From NCBI RefSeq assembly GCF_009914755.1, contig NC_060939.1: 64,000 nucleotides of DNA; one strand, given 5' to 3'. The notes under the pieces are model-generated. The model worked only from the letters and a program-made list of their open reading frames with translations. It ran no database searches and was not told where the DNA came from. Origin of the DNA: the human T2T-CHM13v2.0 reference genome, Homo sapiens. Shown here piece after piece: positions 1-11,339 of this stretch (position 1 is its first letter; each line of letters begins with the position of its first letter). A program made the translations under genes and the position numbers.

Positions 1-24
1 AATAGCCCAGAGTCACCCAAACCT

Positions 25-200
25 GGCTCTGGAGCCAGACTGGTTTCAGATCCCAGCTCTGCCACAGGCTGTGTGACCTCAAGCAAGTCACTTAACCTCT
101 CTGAGCCTTAGCTTCCTCTTCAGAAAAATAGGGACAATAAAACTACCTGCCGTGTTGTCAACATGGATTAAATAATAATGAATGTGCCTGAGGTATTGTT
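25..200 (+). mobile_element. MIR SINE
   Basis: GGCTCTGGAGCCAGAC...GCTGTGTGACCTCAAGCAAGTCACTTAACCTCTCTGAGCCT matches the MIR core. Confidence 0.85.
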
Positions 201-1544
201 TGAGATCATCTGGAATCTATTATTACGGTAACGCTTCTGATCAAGGGGAAGGGGATGGGCTGCCCCTCTACTTCCTCCCCCAGTGCCCACAGTTGCTACC
301 CTCCAGGGGCTTCTTCCCCTTTCGTGGCTGCCCTGTCTTCAGTGTCCATTTTACCTCAATGCATCTTGGGTCATCAATTGGCCTCAATTCACCTGCAGAA
401 AGCCCATGAAATGTCCCAGCATAAGCCTCCTGGCTGCAGGAAAGGTTCAGCTCTCTGTGCAGATACCAAGATGGGCTTGTATGAGAAGTGACAGTGAACA
501 CCAGAAAGGACCTGGGTAGTCAGGGAAGAAGAGGCCCCATACCAGGAGTCAGGGCCCGTGGGCGCCAGCCCCAAGTCTGAGCCACTTCTCCGCTCTGGGT
601 CCAGCTCTTCTTTGAATAAAACAAGAAGGTTGGACCAAAGCTGTAGATTTCAAATTGTGCTACTTGGTGACACCTCCATACCCACGGGCCCAGGAGGGCA
701 AGGCTGAGATGGCACAACTCTCTCTCTGGTCTGTTTGATATGGTATTGGGGCCCCATGGGTGTTCTCACTTGAGACAAAATCAGCTCCTGCAAAACCACC
801 ACTCCACCAACTGCCCTGGACATCTGCCTAGACCCTGGGCCAAGTCAGGAGGAGGTGGTCAGTTCAGTTGCTGAATGAATTATGGGAAGAGCGGGCCACT
901 GATATGGGAAGAGCAAGTCCTGATGGAAGTGCATGGAGAAAGGAAAAAGAAGAAAACCCGGTAAGCAAGAAAGAGGGTGTCTAGAAAAGAAAAGGGATTG
1001 AAGTGGAGGGGGCTTCCAGGGTCCCCATGCACCAGCGCCCACACCAACCTCACGAGGGGCTGGCCAACCTGTACGCCAAAAGGGGCTGCTCTCTCTCTCC
1101 CAGCAGCTCCACCATCTTCTGCCCTGAATGTCTGATGGCCCCGCAGGAAGGACGGTGCTTCCCAGATCTGGAGCAGTGGAGGCCGAGCTGGTAATGAGAC
1201 CCCCTGGGTCCCCTCCTGCAGTAGCCATGCTGCATCTGGCAACCAGCTGGGCCCTCCCTCCCTGCTGCCACCCCCTCCATCCACGCCATGCTTGTTTGTT
1301 TCAACTGAAGCTCACAGTGTAAGAGCCACAGATCTCACTGACGGCTAATGGCCAGGGCTGGGCTGCCCGGCCAGGTTCCCATGGCGGGCTGGTCAGACCG
1401 CCATCCCACCTGTGCCCACACCAGTCCCTCCACCTACTGCCTCCTCCACTTAGCATTTTTTTCTGGGCAGAAGAACCTTCTAGAGAGGTCTCAATGCTCA
1501 ATAATGACAGGCACTGGCACCTGCCACTTCTAGCATCTGAGAGA

Positions 1545-1672
1545 TAGGTAGGTCCATTTAACAGATGAGGAAAATAAGGTCCAGAGAACAACTTGTCCAG
1601 GTCCACACAGCTACTTGGGTAGAAGCAGCACTTGAACCCCGGTCTTCTGATTCCAAAGCGAGCACCCTTGCC
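1545..1672 (-). mobile_element. MIR SINE fragment
   Basis: ACAGATGAGGAAAATAAGG...GTCCACACAGCTAC...CTTGAACCCCGGTCTTCTGATTCCAAAG is the reverse MIR core. Confidence 0.75.
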
Positions 1673-2309
1673 AACAATAACAACCACTGCATATCAGCCA
1701 TACTCATGTCAGTCTTTCTGACATTCATTTACATATTTACATCACAAGGTGAAAAAGAAACTAGTCAAAAGTAATAGGCAAGAAAACTTGAGACACTGAT
1801 TCTCACAGTGTCACATGGAAGGAGAGAAGGGGCCTTCCATTTGTCACCACTTTCAGAGTGGGCCTTTACATCCTCAGTATTCAAATGTAGAAACTGAGGC
1901 CCAAGGAGGTTAAAGAACCGAAGTCGCCCCATGTTTCATGCAGCAAGACCATCACAGGCCAGAAAGTAAGCCATTTCCACTCCCCAAACCGCCCCCCAAG
2001 CTGGGCAGAGTGCTCACTGTGCACCTTCTGTGCTCTCTGCAGACAGCAGAGTGCTGGATGCTGAGGCTCCTGTCTCAGGGGAGCTGATGGTGTGAAGGAA
2101 GGGGTTAGAATAATGTCGCTTCCTGCAAGAAGCTTCCTACAAGAGTCCCCTGGCTCCCTGGCCTGGGGCCAGGACTTGGTCACACCCTTTCCTCGCACCC
2201 TGTCCCTTTTCTTCACACCACAAATCACAGCCTGTCATTCTACATAGGGGGGGTTAACCAGGTGAAGCTTCTGTCCCTTTTCTAGAGTGTGCAGAGACCC
2301 AGTCTCTGC

Positions 2310-2380
2310 CCAGCACAGAGCCTGGCACAAGGAGACACCCATAAACAGCTGAATGAATGAATGCATGAAGGAACAAATGT
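2310..2380 (+). mobile_element. L2 LINE 3' end
   Basis: AGCACAGAGCCTGGCACA...TGAATGAATGAATG, the typical L2 terminus. Confidence 0.6.
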
Positions 2381-4958
2381 TGAAGCAGGCAGTGAAGTGG
2401 GAGGGCAGAGAATAGAGAGAGGGGTACAAACGCAGCCGCCCAGGGAGAGCGTAGAAGAGAAAGGTTGCATTTATCTGTGGGCGGGGAAGACAAGCCATGG
2501 CGGGTATCCACAGCAGAGCTCACCCCCGAGACCAGCCCAGGGCCTCGCGGCTGCTCTTCTCTTAAACAGGCAGTGGAAGACAGGGGAGCGGGCTCCATTT
2601 CCACCGTGCTCCCAGCCTGCTGGAGACCTTGCTTGGGGGCCTTTGCTCCTCTGGGCCTCAGTTGCTTCTGCTGTAAACAGAGGATGGAGTTGTCTTTGTC
2701 AACCTTTGAAAACACTTCTATTTCTGAAACCTCACAGCTGGGCCCAGCCTGCAGCTCTCAGGGTTTCTTCCCTCAGCACCAAAAGCCCATCCCCTAAAGC
2801 CTTGAACCCCAGCAGGGAACACTGCCTCCAAGACAGCTGGGATAGGGGCTGACCCTGAAGTGGCCACGTGGTTCCCAAAACTTGTAAGAGTTCCCCTAAA
2901 TTCCCCTGGGTCTACTTATGGCCCCAGGCCAGCTGTGCCTTACTCACAGCCACAAGGCCTGGCTCTGCTGAATCTCAGCTCTGTGGTCTTGGGCAAGTCA
3001 CCATGAGCCTCAGTGTTCCCATCTGTGAGACAGGAGAGGAGCCTTATGCCAGCAACACCCCTCCCCAAAGTGACTGTGAGCTCCAGGTGGAATCAGTGAA
3101 GCTCTGCATGTAGAGGGAGGACATCAGGACCAGGGAGGAATGTGTCTTTGAGGTGGCCTCCCCTCTCCACCCCGTCTTGTTCCCATGAATGACACGCTGT
3201 GTCCTGGGGCCTTTCTTCTTTGTAATCCCAGTGTCACTGAGGGCAGCTGAAGTGCTGCTTCTTCCCAGAGCTGTGTCAATGTGGGGGTGGGGGAATCTCC
3301 TGAAAGCCAGATCAGCACCCTCTAACCTCAAGGTTCCTGGCAGTCATCAAGGGAGCGCCTGGGGACAGGAAGCACTGAGCTTCCTCCACCAGCTGCACAC
3401 TCGGCCAGCTCCTGAGAGGCTCTGGGCTCAACAGAGCCCAACGTCCGGTGTGACCTGCAGAAGCTCCTCCCCCGATGCCAGCACCTGAACCTCGGGGTAC
3501 TGCCTGGTGACGAGTGGCGGAGCTAAGATGCCAGCTCCAGAATGTTCCTCAGGGAACCTCTCACTGCACAGACAAGGGGGCATGAGCTACCCAGCGCCCC
3601 CCGGCGAGGCAGTCCCAGGCCCCGACATTTCAGCTGCATGTGGTGCCCCACAGGTGCCCATGAGGAGGAGCTGAGACTGCAGAGGGGAGCGGCCCGCTGG
3701 GTCCATCTGCCCACCTGCGGCACGGGGGCGTCTGAGGGGCACCCCCACGGCACCCCAACACGGGGGCTTAGGGACTCCCACATCTCCATTATGAGGGCTC
3801 AGATTTGTGGGCCAAATTCAAGCCTGAAGCTTCTCTGTTATTTGGCTGCAAAAGAATTCCTGGTGGGAGTGAACACCACCCACCCCTAACAAGGTGTCAG
3901 CCCTTTACCTTCTAGCTCCTGCTGCTCCCAAACCCCAGAAAAACCCACTCTGATTTGGCCTTGAAAACCAGAACAGTGACCCTTGCTGGCAGCCAAATGT
4001 TTGCACCACAGGCTCTGACATCCAGGCATCTTAGGGTTGTCTTAGACATCCAGACAGCAAGACAGGCAGTGGGCAGCAGACCAGAGGTGATTGAATGGCC
4101 AACTACACCCCATGTGAGAGCAAAGTCCATGAGGGATACCCCTCTCCCCAATTCTTCTGGGGCCTTCCCTCCCCATAACACTTCCATCTGCCCAGACAAG
4201 GGCTTCTGGTGCCAGGGGCAGCTCCCTTCTTATCCTTTATACTTGGCTGTTTGTGCAGACCACACAAAGATGAGTCATGCTGAAAGGCAGAACCTGCCCA
4301 GGGCTCCGTGAGTAATTTAGGCACTCACTCTACTTCTATTAAATCCCCTTCCCTTGAGGATATTAATGGGAAAGAAATCTGACTAAAGTAATTCACACTC
4401 AGGTGTAGCTGACTAATAGCACTATGCGGGTGGGGAGAGGTGGGGAGGATTACCTTTTAGGTGTCTTGCTAACCCCAGATAGAGGAAGAAATCTCAGGCA
4501 GTTGACCAACCCATGATATCAGCCCTGAAGGCAGCTTAAGAGAAAAGGCAGGGGGTTGCATTAGTTCCCCAACATCTCTGCCGGGAAAGGACCTCAAGAT
4601 CCATTATGCATTTGTGAGGTTAATCACAGCATCATAGCTGCTCAGAGTCAGAAAGACCTCACAGGCCAGGCAGACCCCTGGGGTATGCAAATGTGTGCAA
4701 ACTAACATCCAGATTGGCATTCATTATTCTGTGGTCACCAGCTGAGGGACTTCTGTGTGGAGCACAGCTACGCTGCTGGCAGGAGCCCTGATGTGGAGCA
4801 ACAATATCCTACTGGAAATGCCCAGGGTGGCCTTGGAGAAACTCCAGAGGGGCACAGGGATTGGCCTGCTGGACCCAGCTCTGGAGGACCAGCCAGAGAT
4901 GCACACACACTCACTCAAGATGAAGTGCAAGCCTGTGTGTTTTAGTAAAAGGCAAATC

Positions 4959-5662
4959 TGAAACCGCCTTTGCAAAAATCATAACTAAGGAAATTATGAC
5001 AGTGAGAGAAACCTGACAGGGCTGACTCCATCTTGTCTCAAGCCTCACAAGTTGGCTCTCTTTGCTCATTCTTGGGCTTGGGCCAAGCTAACTCTGGGAG
5101 ACATTTATAGTTTAAATAACAGCTCTTCCCAAAAGCTAACGTGTTCTTGTAAAACAAATAAAAGGCCACCAAGTTAGGATAAGAGGGGCTTGAATTCTAA
5201 TTATTATCAGCTATTGTTCTGGAGGTCATAAGATTTACAACTTCTCCAATTACTCTTGAAGATAACATCACTGTTGTAGAACCTAACATTGGCCTTTTGA
5301 GATAACTTTTCAGTTTTTTGCATGTCTGGCAACCTGATGGCCCCAGCTGGACCTGCCAACCACTTCTGTGGCCCCCACCCAGGAACCGCCTCAGCATAAG
5401 AGGACAGCTTTGACTCCTTATGATTTCATCCCCAAGCCAACCAATCAGCACTCCTGACTCACTGTCCTCCTACCCACTAAATTATTCTTAAAAACACCGA
5501 TCCCTGAATTCTCAGGGAGACTGATTTAAGTAATAATAAAACTCCAGTCTCCCGTACAGCCGGCTCTACATGAATTGAACTCTTTCTCTATTGCAACTCC
5601 CCTATCTTGATAAATTGGCTCTGTCTAGACAGCAGGCAAGATGAACCTGATGGGCAGTTACA
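4959..5662 (+). mobile_element. Solo ERV1 LTR, LTR8 family (LTR8A-like)
   Basis: Starts TGAAACCGCCTTTGCAAAAAT, ends GGGCAGTTACA, has AATAAA; perfect 4-bp TSD AATC (4955-4958 / 5663-5666). Confidence 0.9.
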
Positions 5663-5934
5663 AATCATGCAAAGATGATATGAAGCAAATTACAGGGGAA
5701 TGACCACAAAACAATCACCATCTCTCCCTGCCTGGTAAGGGTCCTACAACCCTGACAGAGGCGGTATAGAGCGGCAAATCAGGGGGAAGGGATAGCCTCT
5801 CACCACACCCAAATGTCCTCCAGCACCATCCTCCTTGGTCTGTTGCCCAGCAGTGCTCTGGGCCAGATACCTGTGCTCGGCACTGAGGGGCACCCAGTGT
5901 GACTCAAGCAGAGTCTCTCCCCCAGAAGGGGTTA

Positions 5935-6396
<462 letters not shown>

Positions 6397-6524
6397 AAAG
6401 ATGAGTAACAGCTCTCCAAGGCAGGGCTCACCCAGGGCCTCACAGATAACCACTCATGTTGAACAAACCTTGCCTCACCAGGCTCTTAAAAGTGAATTTC
6501 AACAGAGGGACACGTGAATGGAAT

Positions 6525-6695
6525 GAATAAATAAATATTTACCATGTAGTATGAGTCAGGCACAGCAAATAGGGTGTCTTGTTTACTCACAGTGGCCTTA
6601 GGAGGAAGGTATTAGCATCTCCAATGGACTATTGAGGAACTAAGACTCAAAAAGATTAAGTGCCTCACCACGTCACACAGCTAGAAATTGATATG
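6525..6695 (-). mobile_element. MIR SINE
   Basis: TGAGGAACTAAGACTCAAAAAGATTAAGTG...GTCACACAGCTAG. Confidence 0.6.
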
Positions 6696-8704
6696 ACCTC
6701 CACATTCATGGAGAAGTGAGGGGAAGTGGAGGGAGCTAAGGTTAATGTGGGTGATGTCAGAGGTACTGGTGACTTGCAACTGCCCTCCCCCTCATCTGGC
6801 CCCTCCCACTTCCAGCATGCACTCTCTCACCCACCTCATGCCCCAGCACTCACACACAATTCATGCTGTAGAGCACAGTTGGGCAAGGCAAGTGGCAGCT
6901 TTGAGCTCCCTCTGGAAGGGGCAGGGGAGGGGGAAATCATGCCCTTAGAGGCCCCTCCCCAACCCCTCCCTCCCTACCCCCAATCTGCTGCAGCATCTGC
7001 CTCCCCAGTGTCAGCATCAAAGATTCATCAAAGCTGAAGCCCAGCAAAGTGTGTGCTTCACATCTCTAAATGTGCTTCTTCCCAATGAAAAATTCAGTGG
7101 AAAATGCAGGGAGTTAAAGAGGGGAGAAAAAAACAGATTTGAGAAGGAAACAGGGAAGGAAGAAGAGAAAAGAGAGCTGCCTCTGCACTGTGGTTCCACT
7201 GAATCCACCCACACTTACTGAGCATCTGCCTTATTTAGGGCACTGTACCAGGCACAGAGGTGCGACCGCCAAATACAGCCTCACAGGCTGCGCACTGCAC
7301 AACTTTGGGGGAACCATTCCCAGAGATGCATTCTGGCTCCTGTCCAAATGGCGTGGGAGTCAGGAGGCCTGGGTGTCTGAGTCTGCTCCGCCACTCATTA
7401 GTCATCTAACATTCTTGAGTCTCAGATTTCTCACATCCAAGCCAGAGGTTACAATACCCACCCCTCTCTTCTTCCAGTGCCCTGAGGAACATGTGCACAG
7501 GTTGTAAACTGTTGTGATAAAAAGAAAGTAGATAACTCATCCTACAGAGAAGCCCAAACAATGGGTTCAGGAAAAGAAGAGGAAGGGACCATTTCCAGTG
7601 GGGACAGTAGAGGGGGCTGCTTCCTGGAAGAGATCTTTGATCCCAGTTGTAAAGGATAAGGAGGAGTTCAGCAGACAAGCCACTGTGACAAATGAGCAGC
7701 TACTGCAGGTCCAGGCAGAGTGACAATGTGGGCAAACACCCAGATAGAGGAATGAACAACTTGGGCAGTGAAAGGGACTGTCTGGTTTGGCCCAGGAGGA
7801 GCTGGTGTAGGAAGTCCAACAGAAGGATGGACTTAGCTGATAATAAGATGAAAAAAGATTTTATCACTACAAGGAAGGCCTTGAGTGGCCTGCAGGTGTG
7901 GCAAGGAATCAGGAGATTGCTCGCCTCCACCTCTCATTGGTTTTGTCACTTTAGATGAGTCACAGCTTCCCTCAAACCTCAGTTTCCTCATCCATAAAAT
8001 GAGGACATCAGACCAAGTGATCTGCAAGTTCCTCTTTTGGCTCATTTGGTCTGTACTTCTAGTTCTAAGAAGTTGTTCCGTTGGCCATGGGGGTATCCCA
8101 AGAAGCTCAGGTTGACAAGACTTACCCAGGGCTTCCTCATAGGGCACCCCCAACCCTACATCCTCATTTCAAATCAGTCTCTTGTTGCTGTGCTTTGGAC
8201 AGAGGATCCTCCAAGTACATGTGAGTGAGCCTTCCTGGACGTGAGGCTTTACCTTCCTCTACAGTGGAGACTCAGCACAGCTCCCACCCCACCCGGCAGA
8301 CAAGCCAGGAGCACCCACACCTAGAGCAGCCCTGAGTAAGCAAGCAGCACTCACAGCGCTGGTGTCACTAGCTTAGGCCCAGGAACGTCCAGGGTGAGCA
8401 GTTGTACCCCACAGGCTGCACACTATGCCCTGCACACCAGCATCCCCAGCCAGGTGTGACCTGAAGATAAGTCTCCACATCCTAGCCAGTCACATGCCTC
8501 TCAGACAGAACCAGAGTGACACTGTGAAATAACAGGTCCCTGAGCAACCTACACATGGGCAGGGCTGGGGAGCTTCCAGCTTCTGTGACTAAACCTTCCC
8601 TCTCCTCCCCTGTGGGAAGTGTGGTGCCTCCCCAGCCCAGCTCTGGGAGCAGCACAGAGGAGCGGTCTCTGGCTTGGGCCTTGGGGTTAGTTGTGTGAGC
8701 TGAG

Positions 8705-8905
8705 AGTCTCAACTCCACTCCTTGCTAGCTAGATAATCTTGACCTTGAACAAGTTCCTTATCCCTCCTAAGCCTCAGTTTGCTCTTACCTGTAAAATAGG
8801 AATAATAACATCCCTCTTGTAGGGTTAATGTGAAGATACAATGTGATCCTGCTTTTAAGGCACCCTACCCAGTGTCCTGCTCAGTGACCTGCTCATAATG
8901 AGAGT
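8705..8905 (+). mobile_element. MIR SINE
   Basis: TGACCTTGAACAAGTT...GCCTCAGTTTG...CTGTAAAATAGGAATAATAAC. Confidence 0.75.
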
Positions 8906-8930
8906 CCAAAAGATGGTAGAATTTGCTGGT

Positions 8931-11339
8931 AGAAAAAAATCAAGGAGGACCCTTCCTTAACTCGTTCTATGAAGCCGGCACCATCCTGATACCAAAATCT
9001 GGCAACGGCACAGTAAAAAAAGAAAACTATAGGCCAATATCCTTGATGAACATAGATGCAAAAATCTTCAACAAAATACTAGCAAACCAAATCCAACAGC
9101 ACACAAAAAAGTCAATTCACCACCATCAAGTAGACTTTATTCCTGGAATGCAAGGTTGGTTTAACATACACAAGTCAATAAATGTTATTCGCCCCTCATA
9201 AACAAACTTAAAAGCAAAAATCATATGATCATGTCAATAGATGCAGAAAAAGCTTTCAATAAAATCCAACATCTCCTTATGATTAAAAAAAAACCCTCAA
9301 CAAACTAGGCATCAAAAGAACATACTTCAGAAGACTAAGAACCATCTACAACAAACCCACAGCCAATATCAAACAGAATGGGCAAAAGCTGGAAGCATTC
9401 CCCTTAAGAACAGGAATAAGACAAGGATGCCCACTCCCACCACTCCTATTCAACATAGTACTGGAAGTCCTAGCCAGAGCAATTAGGCAAGACAAAGAAA
9501 CAAAAAGCTTCCAAGTAGGAAAAGAAATCAAATTATCTCTCTTCACTGACAATATGATTCTATACCTAGAAAGCCCTAAAGACTCTGCCAAAAGGCTCCT
9601 AGAACTGATAAACAACTTCAGTAAAGTTTCAGGATACAAAGTTAATATACAAAAACCAGCAGCATTTTTATAAACCAATAATATTCAAGCTGAGAGCCAC
9701 ATCAAGAACTCAATCCCATTTACAATAGCCACTCAAAAAAAAAAAAATACCTAGGAATACATCCAACCAAGGAAGTGAAAGATCTCTAAACAGAACACTA
9801 CAAAACACTACTGAAATACTGAAAGAAATCATAGGTAACACAAACAAATGGAAAAATGTTCCATGTTCGTGGACTGGAAGAATCAATACTGTTATAATGG
9901 TCATACTGCCCAAAGCAATCTACAGATTTAATGCTATTCCTATCAAACTACCAACATCATTTTTCACAGAATTAGAAAAAAATTCATATGGAACACTTAC
10001 AACCATTTGATCTTTGACAAAGTCAACAAAAATAAGCAATAGGAAAAGAAATCCCTATTCAATAAATATTTGATGCTGGGATAACTGACCAGCTATATGC
10101 AGAAGAATTAAACTGGACCCCTACATTTCACCATATACAAAACTTAACTCAAGATGGATTAAAGACTTAAATGTAAGACCTAAAACTATAAAAATCCTAG
10201 AAGAAAACCTGGGAAATACCATTCTGGACATCAGCCTTGTCAAAGAATTTATGACTAAGTCCTCAAAAGCAATTACAACAAAAACAAAAATTGACAAATG
10301 GGACATAATTAAGGAACTTCTGCACAGCAAAAGAAACTATCAACAGGGTAAACAGACAACCTACAGAATGGGAGAAAATATTCACAAACTATGCATCCAA
10401 CAAAGGTTTAATATCCAGAATCTATAAGAAACTTAAACAATTAAACAAGCAAAAAAACAAATAACCTCATTAAAAAGTGGTCAAAGGACATAAACAGACA
10501 CTTCTCAAAAGAAGACACACAAGTGTCTGACAAACGTATGAAAAAAATGTTCAATATCACTAATCATCCAAGAAATGCAAATCAAAACCACAATGAGACA
10601 CCATCTCACACCAGTCAGAATGGCTATTATTTAAAAGTCAAAAAATAACAGATGCTGGCAAAGCTGTGGAGAGAAAGGAACACTTATACACTGTTGGTGG
10701 GAATGTAAATTAGTTCAGCCACTGTGAAAAGGCAGTTTGGAGATTTCTCAAAGAACTGAAAATAGAACTATTATTCAACCCAGCAAGCTCATTAGTGGGT
10801 ATATACCCAAAGGAATATAAATTGTTCTGCCAAAAAGACACATGTAGTCGTGTATTCCTCACAGCACTGTTCACAATAGCAAAGATATTAAATCAACCCA
10901 GGTGCCCATCAGCAGTGGATTGGATAAAGAAAATGTGGTACATATACACCATGGAATACTATGCAGCCATAAAAAAGAATGAAATCATGTCCTTTGCAGC
11001 AACATGGATGCAGCCAAAGGCCATCATCTTAAGCAAATTAATGCAGAAATAGAAAACCAAATACTGCATGTTCTCACTTGTAAGTGAGAGCTAAACATGG
11101 ACACATAAACACATGTCCATAAACACATGGACATAAAGATGAGAACAGACACTGGGGACCACCAGAGTGGGGAGAGAGGGAGAGGGGCAGGGGCTGAAAA
11201 ACTACCTATTGGATACCATGCTTATTACCTGGGTGACAGGGTCATTCATATCCCAAACCTTGGCAACATGCAATATACTCGGGTAAGAAATCTGCACATG
11301 TAACCCCTGAATTCAAAATAATAGCTGAAATTTTAAAAA
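8931..11339 (+). mobile_element. 5'-truncated L1 (old primate L1PA15-17/L1PB-like) with decayed ORF2 RT/C-terminus and 3'UTR
   Basis: Encodes [24 protein letters not shown]...GMQGWFNI (L1 RT) and KMWYIYTMEYYAAIKKNEIMSFAATW (ORF2 C-terminus); perfect 13-bp TSD AGAATTTGCTGGT at 8918-8930 / 11340-11352. Confidence 0.95.

Noticed and set aside
881-922. Repeated TATGGGAAGAGC (22-bp spacing)
   Set aside because: Two-copy diverged tandem duplication with no supportable function
8783-8810. Minus-strand AG|GTAAGA recursive-like site
   Set aside because: Derived from the MIR core; it shows such motifs arise passively
8923-11052. RT-like and ORF2 C-terminal ORFs as an active retroelement
   Set aside because: 5'-truncated, frameshifted, internally deleted L1 fossil
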